Source of the DNA: a virus
Lineage: Duplodnaviria > Caudoviricetes
Strand: one strand, 5' to 3'
DNA: 38,850 bases
Virus record (IMG/VR): IMGVR_UViG_3300030433_001316
Span: 1 to 38,850 of that record
Part shown: positions 1-8,472 of the stretch, piece by piece
Numbering within the stretch: the stretch's first letter is position 1
Layout: each line of letters opens with the position of its first letter
Notes under the pieces: model-generated
Told to the model about the DNA's origin: nothing
Seen by the model: only the letters and a program-made list of their open reading frames with translations
The model's database searches: none
Made by a program: the position numbers and the translations under genes

Positions 1-346
1 CGACAACTGCCTGCAGTTCCACGCTCAGTACATGCAGCAGTCGCAAGCTGGGAGCAGCTTTGTCAATCGTGACTTCTTGGGCGACCGCTTGGAGCCACAA
101 GAGATTCAATCCCTTCTGCAGCTGTACTCCGCAGGCACCATCACTCAAGAGACACTGCTCAAACAGCTTTCCGTAGGCGAGGTGTTGGGTGACGATTTTG
201 ATGTTGACCAAGAGCTTGACGCGACTCAATCTGGCGGGCTGATGGAAACTCAACAGCCTGAACCTGCACCGCCTGAAGCAGAAGAAGCCACAATGCCAGA
301 AGCGGAACAAGAGGATGAGGATGGGCTGGATGAGCAGGCTGCGTAA
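1..346 (+). CDS. Portal protein, C-terminal part (continues from window end)
   Basis: Frame is open from base 2 (DNCLQFHAQYM...) to TAA 346; acidic tail; reads as the C-terminus of the portal that starts at 37812. Confidence 0.85.
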   Translation, partial: DNCLQFHAQYMQQSQAGSSFVNRDFLGDRLEPQEIQSLLQLYSAGTITQETLLKQLSVGEVLGDDFDVDQELDATQSGGLMETQQPEPAPPEAEEATMPEAEQEDEDGLDEQAA

Positions 347-599
347 GCCAAACCCAAACCGCAAACAGCTGTTGTTCTTCACTAAGGACCAGCTGGCAGA
401 TAACTACTTTGCTGTTGTCAGAATCACTTGGTTTGCGGCTGGCCAGATCTGTGCAGTCAATGAGGCCGTTGTGTATCAGGACGACTTAGAAGCAGTCGCT
501 GAGTTTTCGGGGATTGTTGGGGAGGCTTTGCGTGGTGGCGCTGATGTTTCGATTGTCTGTATTGCCAATTCTGAGGATGTTGGTTTGGAGCCAGCATGA
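315..599 (+). CDS. Hypothetical protein
   Basis: 94-aa ORF between portal and minor head gene; ATGA overlap with the next gene. Confidence 0.6.
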   Translation: MRMGWMSRLRKPNPNRKQLLFFTKDQLADNYFAVVRITWFAAGQICAVNEAVVYQDDLEAVAEFSGIVGEALRGGADVSIVCIANSEDVGLEPA

Positions 600-1792
600 G
601 TGAGCCTGAAGCCTTTTACAGACAGGCGATTGACCTGAACCGATACAGCAATCACGTCGCGCTAAATGTGATGCGGGCGTACAACGACATCGTGATTGAT
701 GCGTTGCAGAAGCTGGATGACGTGGGCTCGCTGAACCCCAGGGAAGCGGCCAGGTTGAACGCCCTGTTGGCTCAGGTGCGCGAAAGCCTTGAGACGTGGG
801 CAGGGGATAGCTCTGTTTATGCAGTGCAGGAATTGAACGGCTTGGCCCGGCTGCAGGCTGATTTCATCTCAGGCCAGATCAAGGATGTGGTCAAGCCAAG
901 CTTGGCTGACACTGTCCGCAGCGTTGAGATCACGCCGGATTTTGCGCGGTCTGTTGTCTTGGCTGACCCGACCGACATCAGCGCGGCTGTGCTGCAGCCA
1001 AGCCTTGAACAGCAGATCCGTGGTCAAGCGCCTGGCCTTGTCACGTTGGATGCTGGCAAAGGTGCTGCCCTTGTTCTGCCCAATGGCAAAACCCTTGGAA
1101 CTGGATTCAGGCAGCTGGCCGAATCTTATGCTGACAAGTTCCGCGTCACCGTTCAGAACGGGATGCTGACGGGGGAGAACATGCGGGACATGGTGGAGAG
1201 ACTGCGCGGAAACTTGCGGCTAGCTGACACGGCAAACATCGGCGCAACGATCGCCAAGGGCGGTGAACTGACGACGCTTGCTGACTCGCAGATCCGGGCA
1301 CTGATCCGCACCTCTGTCACGCAGATGACCAACACGGTCAACCAGCAGATGTATATCGCCAATCAAGACGTGATTGATTCGTACCGCTATCGGGCAGTCT
1401 TGGATCTGCAGACCACACCCATCTGTCAATCTCTTGATGGCAAGGTGTTCAAGTTCGGCAAGGGACCGCAACCGCCGCAACATTTCGGGTGTCGTTCAAC
1501 CATCGTGTTCATCACAAAGACTGAAGCCGAGGGCGACTTCAGGGAAAAAACGCAGCGTGCGGCGCTTGGTGGTCTTGTTCCTTCTGGCACGACATATCCA
1601 CAGTGGATTGCCAAGCAATCAGCAGCAGATCAAGAGAAAGCCTTGGGCGGCAAAGGTAAGGCCAGACTGTTTCGCAGCCTGCTCAAGCAAGATTCGCCGG
1701 AGAAAGCTCTGGGCAAGTTCGTCAGCAAGGACGGGTCAGAACTAACTTTGAAGCAGCTGCAAGCAAAGTACGGTGCCCCTGAAACGCGGTAG
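596..1792 (+). CDS. Minor head morphogenesis protein (Mu gpF/SPP1 gp7-like)
   Basis: Motifs LIRTSVT, YRAVLDLQTTPICQSLDG and PPQHFGCRSTI; position downstream of portal. Confidence 0.9.
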   Translation: MSEPEAFYRQAIDLNRYSNHVALNVMRAYNDIVIDALQKLDDVGSLNPREAARLNALLAQVRESLETWAGDSSVYAVQELNGLARLQADFISGQIKDVVKPSLADTVRSVEITPDFARSVVLADPTDISAAVLQPSLEQQIRGQAPGLVTLDAGKGAALVLPNGKTLGTGFRQLAESYADKFRVTVQNGMLTGENMRDMVERLRGNLRLADTANIGATIAKGGELTTLADSQIRALIRTSVTQMTNTVNQQMYIANQDVIDSYRYRAVLDLQTTPICQSLDGKVFKFGKGPQPPQHFGCRSTIVFITKTEAEGDFREKTQRAALGGLVPSGTTYPQWIAKQSAADQEKALGGKGKARLFRSLLKQDSPEKALGKFVSKDGSELTLKQLQAKYGAPETR

Positions 1793-1904
1793 CAGCAGGC
1801 AAGTTATTTCAGAGAACATTCGTAGGCTGATGCGTGAAGGCAAAAGCCGTTCACAGGCGGCAGCGATTGCATTCAAGGAAGCTAGAAAACGGCGCAAGCG
1901 TTAA
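1773..1904 (+). CDS. Small basic protein (43 aa, MPLKRGSSRQVISENIRRLMREGKSRSQAAAIAFKEARKRRKR)
   Basis: Read manually, GTG 1773 to TAA 1904; resembles small phage head-region proteins. Confidence 0.75.
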   Translation: MPLKRGSSRQVISENIRRLMREGKSRSQAAAIAFKEARKRRKR

Positions 1905-1932
1905 TCTTTTGTTGTACCTGCCCGTTGGTTTG

Positions 1933-2043
1933 ATGACGCTCTCCAGCAAGTATCAGTTCAAGGCGCAAGGCGAAGAAGCCAAGCCCAAAGCCACGGCTAA
2001 GAAGAAAGCCGCTAAAAAGGAAGCACCTTCGGAGGCTGAGTGA
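1933..2043 (+). CDS. Small Lys/Ala-rich protein (36 aa)
   Basis: ATG 1933; histone-H1-like KKKAAKK stretch; TGATG coupling to the next ORF. Confidence 0.55.
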   Translation: MTLSSKYQFKAQGEEAKPKATAKKKAAKKEAPSEAE

Positions 2044-2126
2044 TGCCTAGCGGACCCGGCACCTACGGCTCCAAAATGGGCCGTCCGCCCAAGAAAAAGA
2101 AAAAGAAGGGCGGCAAGAAAAAGTAA
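2043..2126 (+). CDS. Tiny basic protein (27 aa, MPSGPGTYGSKMGRPPKKKKKKGGKKK)
   Basis: Read manually; TGATG and TAATG stop/start overlaps on both sides. Confidence 0.7.
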   Translation: MPSGPGTYGSKMGRPPKKKKKKGGKKK

Positions 2127-2365
2127 TGGCAGCCAAGCGTCGGCCACCAAAGGACAAAAAGACTGGTCTGCCGAAGGCCTATCTTTCTGGTGCGAAGAAC
2201 AAGGCTGCCAAGGCCCGCGAAATCAAGCGCACCGCTGCTCTGTACAGGGCTGGCAAAAACATCGACATCGCAGCTGTCTCCAAATCACGGACTGAGCAAG
2301 GTGGCAAGACCAAAAGCAAAACCACTAAACGCCGCAACAAAAAAGGCTCTAAAAGAAAAGGCTGA
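2126..2365 (+). CDS. Basic hypothetical protein
   Basis: 79 aa, K/R-rich, coupled to upstream ORF. Confidence 0.65.
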   Translation: MAAKRRPPKDKKTGLPKAYLSGAKNKAAKAREIKRTAALYRAGKNIDIAAVSKSRTEQGGKTKSKTTKRRNKKGSKRKG

Positions 2366-2555
2366 GGGCACCAAGTTCTTCTATGGGGAGCTGGCTGCGG
2401 TGTACCGCAAGGGCCAAGGCGCCTACTTGTCCAGCGGGTCGCGTAATGTGCCGATGGCAGCCTGGGCTATGGGCAGGGTCAACAGCTACATGCGTGGAGA
2501 CAAGGCGCGTACGGCTGATGCTGCAATCTACGCTCGCTACAACAAAAAACGATGA
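2301..2555 (+). CDS. Basic protein, DUF5824-like C-terminal motif
   Basis: Probable GTG start at 2301; VYRKGQGAYLSSGSR...WAMGRVNSY motif; ATGA overlap with next gene; family name from memory. Confidence 0.65.
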   Translation: MARPKAKPLNAATKKALKEKAEGTKFFYGELAAVYRKGQGAYLSSGSRNVPMAAWAMGRVNSYMRGDKARTADAAIYARYNKKR

Positions 2556-2833
2556 GCATCAAACGCGGTGGCCATACGTTTGCGGGCTATGACAAGCCCA
2601 TCCGCACGCCGAACCATCCGAGCGGCAAGTCTCACGCTGTTGTCATTAAGGACAAGGGCAAAGACAGGCTTATTAGGTTTGGTGCACAGGGTGCTCAAAC
2701 GAAACGCCCGCGCAAAGGTGAGAGTGCTGCTGACAAAGCTAAACGCGCGTCATTTAAGGCACGCCATGCAAAAAACATCGCGAAAGGGAAGACATCTGCC
2801 GCATATTGGGCGGACAAAGTAAAGTGGAGCTGA
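2552..2833 (+). CDS. Basic hypothetical protein of a conserved phage family
   Basis: LIRFGAQG...RASFKARHAKNI...SAAYWADKVKW motif. Confidence 0.8.
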   Translation: MSIKRGGHTFAGYDKPIRTPNHPSGKSHAVVIKDKGKDRLIRFGAQGAQTKRPRKGESAADKAKRASFKARHAKNIAKGKTSAAYWADKVKWS

Positions 2834-2854
2834 AAACAACCTTACGGGTTATTC

Positions 2855-3535
2855 ATGTCTGAAGAGCAGAATCAGGAGATTACGTCTCCCGCAGCTCCAA
2901 ACAATGCTGAGATGGATGCACTGAAAGCAAGCATCCAAGCTCTTGAGAAAAAGAATTATGAGCTGATTGGCAAGCTCAAGGAAGCAAAAACTGTTCCTGA
3001 TGGTGTTGATGTTCAGGAGTTGCTTGAGTTCAAGCGTTCTGTTGAGCAGAACAAACTTGAATCAGAAGGCAAGTACACCGAGGCCCGTCAGGCTCTTGAG
3101 CAGCAGTTCCGCGAAGCTGCTGAAGCCAAGGACAAGCGGATTGCTGAGCTTGAAGCACGTGTCCGTGAACTTGAGCTGATTGCACCTGCGAACACAGCAT
3201 TAGCCGATGTTGTCCATGACCCCAGCATCGTATTCAAGGCAGACCTGCTGAAGCCGGATCAAATTGAGCGTGAAGCTGACGGCACGGTTGTTGTTGTCAA
3301 TGGCTACGAGCGCAAGCCGATTGGCGAATGGGCCAAAACCCTGCCGAGCTACATGCAAAAAGCCCCCAAGCCTGTTGGGAGTGGCGCACCTTCAGGGCGC
3401 AGCGCAGGTGGCGACATTCCGCCAGGCACAAAGAATCCTTTTGCCAAAGAGTCCTACAACCTCACAGAACAGTCACGGCTGTATCGCACGGACCGGGATA
3501 TGTACGAGAGGTTGAAAGCTGCTGCCAGCCGTTAA
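2855..3535 (+). CDS. Capsid scaffolding protein
   Basis: Coiled-coil N-terminal half, GSGAP linker, KNPF C-terminal motif; directly upstream of the capsid gene. Confidence 0.85.
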   Translation: MSEEQNQEITSPAAPNNAEMDALKASIQALEKKNYELIGKLKEAKTVPDGVDVQELLEFKRSVEQNKLESEGKYTEARQALEQQFREAAEAKDKRIAELEARVRELELIAPANTALADVVHDPSIVFKADLLKPDQIEREADGTVVVVNGYERKPIGEWAKTLPSYMQKAPKPVGSGAPSGRSAGGDIPPGTKNPFAKESYNLTEQSRLYRTDRDMYERLKAAASR

Positions 3536-3612
3536 TATGTTCACTAAGGCAAAGCTACGCAGAGCCGTTCGGGTTACGCCCACACCGTAAACATCTTTTT
3601 TGAGGATCTGTC

Positions 3613-4635
3613 ATGGCGACTCTTCGCTCTGACATCATCATCCCCGAGGTATTTACGCCTTACGTCATTGAGCAAACCACTCAGCGTGATGCCTTCCTGG
3701 CTAGCGGTGTGGTGCAGCCGATGGCTGAGCTAAATGCTGCCGAGGATGGTGGTGATTTTGTTCAAGTGCCTTTCTATAAGGCCAACCTGTCAGGCGATTT
3801 TGAGCGTCTGACGGATAGCTCTTCACTGACCCCTGGCAAGATCAGCGCCGACAAGCAGGTTGCCGCTGTCCTGCACCGTGGTCGTGCCTTTGAGTCACGC
3901 GACTTGGCTGCCCTGGCTGCCGGTTCTGACCCGATGGCTGCTATCGGAAACAAGATTGCTGACTACATCGCTAACCAGCGTCAGAAGGACCTGCTGTCCT
4001 GTCTGGCTGGCATCTTTGGCGCTGTTGGTGACACCAGCTCCGCATCTTTCGCAGCCTTGGCTGTCGATGGCGCATCTGGCGACACCCCCACTCAATTGAC
4101 TGCCCGTCAGATCGTTGAAGGTCAGTCCCTGCTGGGCGACCAAGGCGACAAGCTGGCTGCAATCGTTGTTCACCCCAAGGTGTACTACGACCTGAAAGAG
4201 CGTCGTGCTCTGGACATGATCTACGACGATGCAGGCCAGCCTGACACCGCCGCAGCTCAAGGTTCACTGGCTAACGCCTTTGGTTCCGTTGCTGTTCCCA
4301 CCTTCATGGGAATGCGCGTGATTGTGTCTGCTGATGTGCAGACCGCTGGCTCTGGTGCTTCTACTGAGTACGCGAGCTACATGTTCACTCAGGGTGCCGT
4401 TGGCTCCGGTGAGCAACTGGGACTCCAGACAGAAACCGACCGTGACATCCTCGCCAAGAGCGATGCCATGTCGATTGATCTGCACTACGTGTACCACCCG
4501 ATTGGTTCATCGTTCTCCACTTCCGTTGCTAACCCCACCCGGGCGCAGCTGGAAACCGTGGGCAACTGGACCAAGGTGTACGAGACCAACAACATTGGCA
4601 TCGTGCGGATTACCACCACCAGCGCACTCGACTGA
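3613..4635 (+). CDS. Major capsid protein
   Basis: 340 aa; IIPEVFTPYV, SGVV, GSDPMAAIG, ETDRDIL motifs; GAGG RBS. Confidence 0.92.
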   Translation: MATLRSDIIIPEVFTPYVIEQTTQRDAFLASGVVQPMAELNAAEDGGDFVQVPFYKANLSGDFERLTDSSSLTPGKISADKQVAAVLHRGRAFESRDLAALAAGSDPMAAIGNKIADYIANQRQKDLLSCLAGIFGAVGDTSSASFAALAVDGASGDTPTQLTARQIVEGQSLLGDQGDKLAAIVVHPKVYYDLKERRALDMIYDDAGQPDTAAAQGSLANAFGSVAVPTFMGMRVIVSADVQTAGSGASTEYASYMFTQGAVGSGEQLGLQTETDRDILAKSDAMSIDLHYVYHPIGSSFSTSVANPTRAQLETVGNWTKVYETNNIGIVRITTTSALD

Positions 4636-4649
4636 GGAGGTAACTAACC

Positions 4650-5015
4650 ATGGCATCCATTTTTGAGGCAACGGCTGGCAATCTTGTCGGCCCCGCGACT
4701 GGCGGTACTGTCACCCAGGCCACCAGCAAGTCAACTGCCGTGACTCTCAATGCTGAGTCCGGTCAGATCACCCTTGACGATGCTGCTCTTGCAGCAGGCG
4801 CTGAGGTTTCTTTCACTGTCAACAACGACAAGATCGCTGCCACTGATGTGGTGGTGTGCAACCACGGTTCTGCTGGAACCGCTGGTTCTTACCTTGTGCA
4901 GGCCAACTCGATTGCTGCCGGATCTTTCAAGATCACCGTGGCAAACGTTTCTACTGGCTCACTGGGTGAGGCAATCGTTGTCAACTTCGTGGCTCTGAAG
5001 GGCGCTAGCTCCTGA
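4650..5015 (+). CDS. Probable head decoration/cement protein
   Basis: Beta-rich 121 aa, VTQATSKSTAVTLN; strong GAGGAGG RBS; follows the capsid gene. Confidence 0.65.
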   Translation: MASIFEATAGNLVGPATGGTVTQATSKSTAVTLNAESGQITLDDAALAAGAEVSFTVNNDKIAATDVVVCNHGSAGTAGSYLVQANSIAAGSFKITVANVSTGSLGEAIVVNFVALKGASS

Positions 5016-5182
5016 TGGGTCTGTTCGCTTTTAAGCGAATGCGGGAACGTGAGGCTGCTGCGCAAGCGGTGGCCTCCACCCCCAAACGCAAGACTTCTAC
5101 TGTGACGCCCGATGGCAGTAACAATCGACGCAACAGCGGGCGGCGCAAACGCCAACAGCTACATAACCCTGGCTCAAGCTGA
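5015..5182 (+). CDS. Small basic hypothetical protein (55 aa, MGLFAFKRMRERE...)
   Basis: Read manually; TGATG coupling; fills the gap before the adaptor gene and overlaps it by 71 nt. Confidence 0.5.
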   Translation: MGLFAFKRMREREAAAQAVASTPKRKTSTVTPDGSNNRRNSGRRKRQQLHNPGSS

Positions 5183-5672
5183 CGCCTACGTTGAGGCGAT
5201 GATCAACAGCACGGATGTCAGCAAGTGGGACACCGGCACTGATGACAATCGCAACCGGGCGTTAGCAGCAGCAGCGCAACGCTTAGATCGTGAAAGGTTT
5301 TTAGGGGCACGCGCAACGGATACGCAAGCATTGCAATGGCCGCGTACTGGCGTGCGAAAGCCCGATACCTACGTCAACACGTACGCCACTGGCTTTCCTT
5401 TCCGCATCTCTGACGATTACTTCACTGACGAAGAGATCCCAGATCAAATCAAGCGGGCACAAATTGAGCTTGCTGTCTACCTGCACAACAACACAGACGG
5501 CATCAGCCTGAGCGGATTGAATGATTACAAGAGCGTCAGCATTGGAAGCATCAGCGTCACACCTGACAAGGCTGGTGCAGTTGGTGCTGACCATGTTCCG
5601 CCGATGTTTGAAAGGTACTTGACGGGTCTTAGAATTAGCGGACCAGGCAACATCGCTATCAAACGGAGCTGA
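5112..5672 (+). CDS. Head-tail adaptor protein
   Basis: ANSYITLAQADAY...QALQWPR...IPDQIKRAQIELA motifs. Confidence 0.8.
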   Translation: MAVTIDATAGGANANSYITLAQADAYVEAMINSTDVSKWDTGTDDNRNRALAAAAQRLDRERFLGARATDTQALQWPRTGVRKPDTYVNTYATGFPFRISDDYFTDEEIPDQIKRAQIELAVYLHNNTDGISLSGLNDYKSVSIGSISVTPDKAGAVGADHVPPMFERYLTGLRISGPGNIAIKRS

Positions 5673-5674
5673 CC

Positions 5675-5905
5675 ATGTACGGAGACCTGAAAGGCGGCTT
5701 CGAGTTCATCTCAGATACTGCTGAGCACACCGGCCGGTTTTGCTTGATTTACTTCAAAGAAGACACCGTGATTAGTGCAATCACTGTGCAGAACGCGACC
5801 GGCAATAGCTTGGCTGGTGAGACTTTTGTGGCTGACACCAAGCTGTCTGGGATTGTCACTAGCATCACGCTGACCAGCGGTGCCTGCCTCGCTTATCGCG
5901 TCTGA
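5675..5905 (+). CDS. Small virion-associated hypothetical protein
   Basis: 76 aa, ends ITLTSGACLAY; lies in the neck operon. Confidence 0.65.
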   Translation: MYGDLKGGFEFISDTAEHTGRFCLIYFKEDTVISAITVQNATGNSLAGETFVADTKLSGIVTSITLTSGACLAYRV

Positions 5906-6261
5906 TGGCACTTGCTGACTCGCTGGGCAAGGTCGCAACCAACGTCCTCAAGGCGTTGGGTGGTGATGTGACGATCAGGTACGTCACCAGCGGGAGCTAC
6001 AACACAACGACCGGCTTGAGCGGTGAAACGGTCAGCGACACCAACGTGAAGGGTGTGGTTCAGGCGGTTTCAAAGTCCGAAGCAAACGGGCTGATTGAAG
6101 CCCAGGACAAGCTGTTGATCGTTTCAGCAGAAGAGCTGGCGACAGCACCTGGGACCAAGGATCGGGTTGTGATCAGCTCTGTTGTTTATCAGATCATTTC
6201 TGTTAACACGGTTGAGCAAGACAACACGGCGATCACTTACGAGATAATCCTGAGGGGCTGA
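5905..6261 (+). CDS. Head closure protein
   Basis: Position; GSYNTTTG and YQIISV...YEIILR pattern. Confidence 0.7.
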   Translation: MALADSLGKVATNVLKALGGDVTIRYVTSGSYNTTTGLSGETVSDTNVKGVVQAVSKSEANGLIEAQDKLLIVSAEELATAPGTKDRVVISSVVYQIISVNTVEQDNTAITYEIILRG

Positions 6262-6641
6262 TGGCTAAGCGTGAAATCACGGTTCTTGGGATCAGTGGTT
6301 ACTGCGAAGAGAAGGTGCAAGAACTTGTCCGTGAAGCGGGCGTAAAACTGCGCGACCGGCTTGTGGAGCTGAGTCCTGTTGGCGAAGTAAATGGCGGAAC
6401 GTTTAAGTCCAACTGGCAGCCGCCTGTTTATGTCGACAAAGGGCTGACCGCCAGGATCACAAACACTACGCAGAACTACGGCGAAGCCATCACGTTTGGC
6501 GGCCAGTACATGCCTCCGTCTTGGCAAGGCAAGTTCCGCTCACGGTTTGGCCTTAAAGAGAACTGGCCGACTTTACTTGCTGGGAAAGATGTAAGAAATC
6601 AGATCCCTAGCATGTGGAACAGGATTGTGAACAAGCCATGA
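6261..6641 (+). CDS. Neck/tail completion protein (HK97 gp10-like)
   Basis: SPVG..GGTFKSNW...ITNTTQNYGEAITFG pattern. Confidence 0.7.
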   Translation: MAKREITVLGISGYCEEKVQELVREAGVKLRDRLVELSPVGEVNGGTFKSNWQPPVYVDKGLTARITNTTQNYGEAITFGGQYMPPSWQGKFRSRFGLKENWPTLLAGKDVRNQIPSMWNRIVNKP

Positions 6642-7057
6642 GCAGCACATATAACGACATCAGGTCTGCCATTGAGGCACGCATTGCAACTGAGATGGCG
6701 GAATCTCCGTCGTATCAGGTCAGCTACGAGAACGTGCCGTTTACGCCGCCAAACAACTCAACTTGGATCAAGGTTCAGGTAAGGTTTGGCGCAAACAATT
6801 ACGCGACTTTGCTTGGGCCCACCACTGGCAGCAACATCCAGTCAGGCATCGTGGTCATCGGCATTTTCAGCCCAATCGGTGTCGGCACTGGCGACAACTT
6901 CACGTTGGCCGAACGCCTGAAGGACTTGTTTGATCGCAAGACCGTCAGTCAGATTATTTTTGATGCTGCAGATGGCCCAGCAATCGTTGAGGCTGCAGCG
7001 CCTGAATCCTTTTTTCAAACAGAGCTAGCCATAACATTCAATGCGTTCGTACAATGA
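6638..7057 (+). CDS. Tail terminator protein
   Basis: Likely ATG 6638 (ATGA overlap); YENVPFTPP...W and GVGTG...LAERLKDLF; precedes the major tail gene. Confidence 0.75.
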   Translation: MSSTYNDIRSAIEARIATEMAESPSYQVSYENVPFTPPNNSTWIKVQVRFGANNYATLLGPTTGSNIQSGIVVIGIFSPIGVGTGDNFTLAERLKDLFDRKTVSQIIFDAADGPAIVEAAAPESFFQTELAITFNAFVQ

Positions 7058-7083
7058 GCTGAGCCAACTACCGTACAAACGTT

Positions 7084-7827
7084 ATGGCAACCACTCTGTC
7101 CGGTACGTCCGGCGCACTCTATTACAAGCCTGCGGGCACTGACAGCACTTTCAAGGCTGCAGATGTCACCAATGCCGACAATGAAATCAATGTCGGCGCG
7201 TATCGCAACTTCAAAGTCAACGACAAGGTGTCCTTTGGAACTGGTACTGGCGGCACCTTGCCCGCTGGCCTTTCCGCTAGCACCGATGTCTTCATCAAGA
7301 CTTACACCGCTTCCACAGGGGTAGCCACATTCTCAGCAACAGCTGGCGGCACTGAGCTGGCCTTGACGGATGATGGCACCGATGGCACCACGCCATTCAC
7401 CATTAAGTTCGCTGAGTTTCAAGCGGTTGGCGCTGTTCGCGAGTGGTCTTTTGAGATCACCCGTGACGAGATTGATGTGACCACAATCGGTCAAACGCTG
7501 GGTCAAAACGCGCCGTTCAAGACTTACATCACCGGCTTTGCTGATGGTGAAGGTTCTGCGACCATCTACACCACTGACGACGACACCACCATTGCATCCC
7601 GCTTGGTGGAAGACGTGATTCAGCGGATTCAGACAGGTGTGCAGTTCAAGCTGTATATCGACCGCGTTGTGTCCTCTGGTTCTGTGGATGACACCGCAAG
7701 CCGTTCAATCACGATGGAAGCTGTGCTGACTTCTGCCAGCTATTCCGTCAACCCAGACGACGCGCAACAGATTGAAGTTGCATTCCGTCCATCTGCTGTA
7801 CCTACTTTCGACCTCACCAAGTCCTGA
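7084..7827 (+). CDS. Major tail tube protein
   Basis: VREWSFEITRDEIDVTT...YITGFADGEGS tube motif. Confidence 0.85.
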   Translation: MATTLSGTSGALYYKPAGTDSTFKAADVTNADNEINVGAYRNFKVNDKVSFGTGTGGTLPAGLSASTDVFIKTYTASTGVATFSATAGGTELALTDDGTDGTTPFTIKFAEFQAVGAVREWSFEITRDEIDVTTIGQTLGQNAPFKTYITGFADGEGSATIYTTDDDTTIASRLVEDVIQRIQTGVQFKLYIDRVVSSGSVDDTASRSITMEAVLTSASYSVNPDDAQQIEVAFRPSAVPTFDLTKS

Positions 7828-7848
7828 TCTTTTGTTCTTGGTTTATCT

Positions 7849-7875
7849 ACCCCCGGCTTGCGCTGGGGGTTTTTT
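7849..7875 (+). terminator. Rho-independent terminator after the major tail gene
   Basis: ACCCCCGGC-TTGC-GCTGGGGGT stem followed by a T run. Confidence 0.85.
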
Positions 7876-7910
7876 CATGAGTAGTATCTGCTTACTGTTC
7901 ACAGGTTTTT

Positions 7911-8264
7911 ATGTCTTCCAGTGCAAGCGGACGCGCACTTGATCGTCTCAAAAAGGCTGCAAATCTGACGCCTGTTAAGCGCATCGTGATCCTAAGCAAT
8001 GGAGATGAATTTGTATTTTGGTCAACGCCTTTGACCATGGCAGAGCGTGAGCGGGCGCAAAAACAAGCCAACTCAGATGAAGCCACTCAGTATGCGTTGC
8101 AGCTTCTGGTCAACAAAGCAACTGACGAAGACGGCCAGCGAATGTTTAAGGCGGGTGAGATTGCTGAGCTGAAAAATGAAGTCAGGGATGAAGACCTGCA
8201 AGGGTTAATGGTTGCCCTGATCACAGGTGAAGGCAACGTCACTGAGGAAGAGGCAAAAAACTAA
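7911..8264 (+). CDS. Tail assembly chaperone (gpG-like)
   Basis: Between tail tube and tape measure; ends GCA AAA AAC TAA. Confidence 0.85.
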   Translation: MSSSASGRALDRLKKAANLTPVKRIVILSNGDEFVFWSTPLTMAERERAQKQANSDEATQYALQLLVNKATDEDGQRMFKAGEIAELKNEVRDEDLQGLMVALITGEGNVTEEEAKN

Positions 8265-8446
8265 CCAAGCTCTTTAAGGATGATTGGCCGTTGAGGGTTC
8301 AGATGCGTGTGGCCCGTGAGTTGGGTTACACGCTTTCTGAGCTTTCAAGCAAGATGTCCCGCGAAGAGCTGCAGCTTTGGTGTTTGCTGTTTGAAGTAGA
8401 AGCGCAAGAACAGCAGGAGATGCGCCGCAAAGCGAAGCGGCGGTAG
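8255..8446 (+). CDS. gpT-like -1 frameshift extension of the tail chaperone
   Basis: Slippery A AAA AAC at 8255-8261; -1 frame open 61 codons (LTKLFKDDW...ARELGYTLSEL...EELQLW) to TAG 8446. Confidence 0.85.
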   Translation, partial: KKLTKLFKDDWPLRVQMRVARELGYTLSELSSKMSREELQLWCLLFEVEAQEQQEMRRKAKRR

Positions 8447-8472
8447 ACTCAAAAGAACTAGGCGGCAATCTT

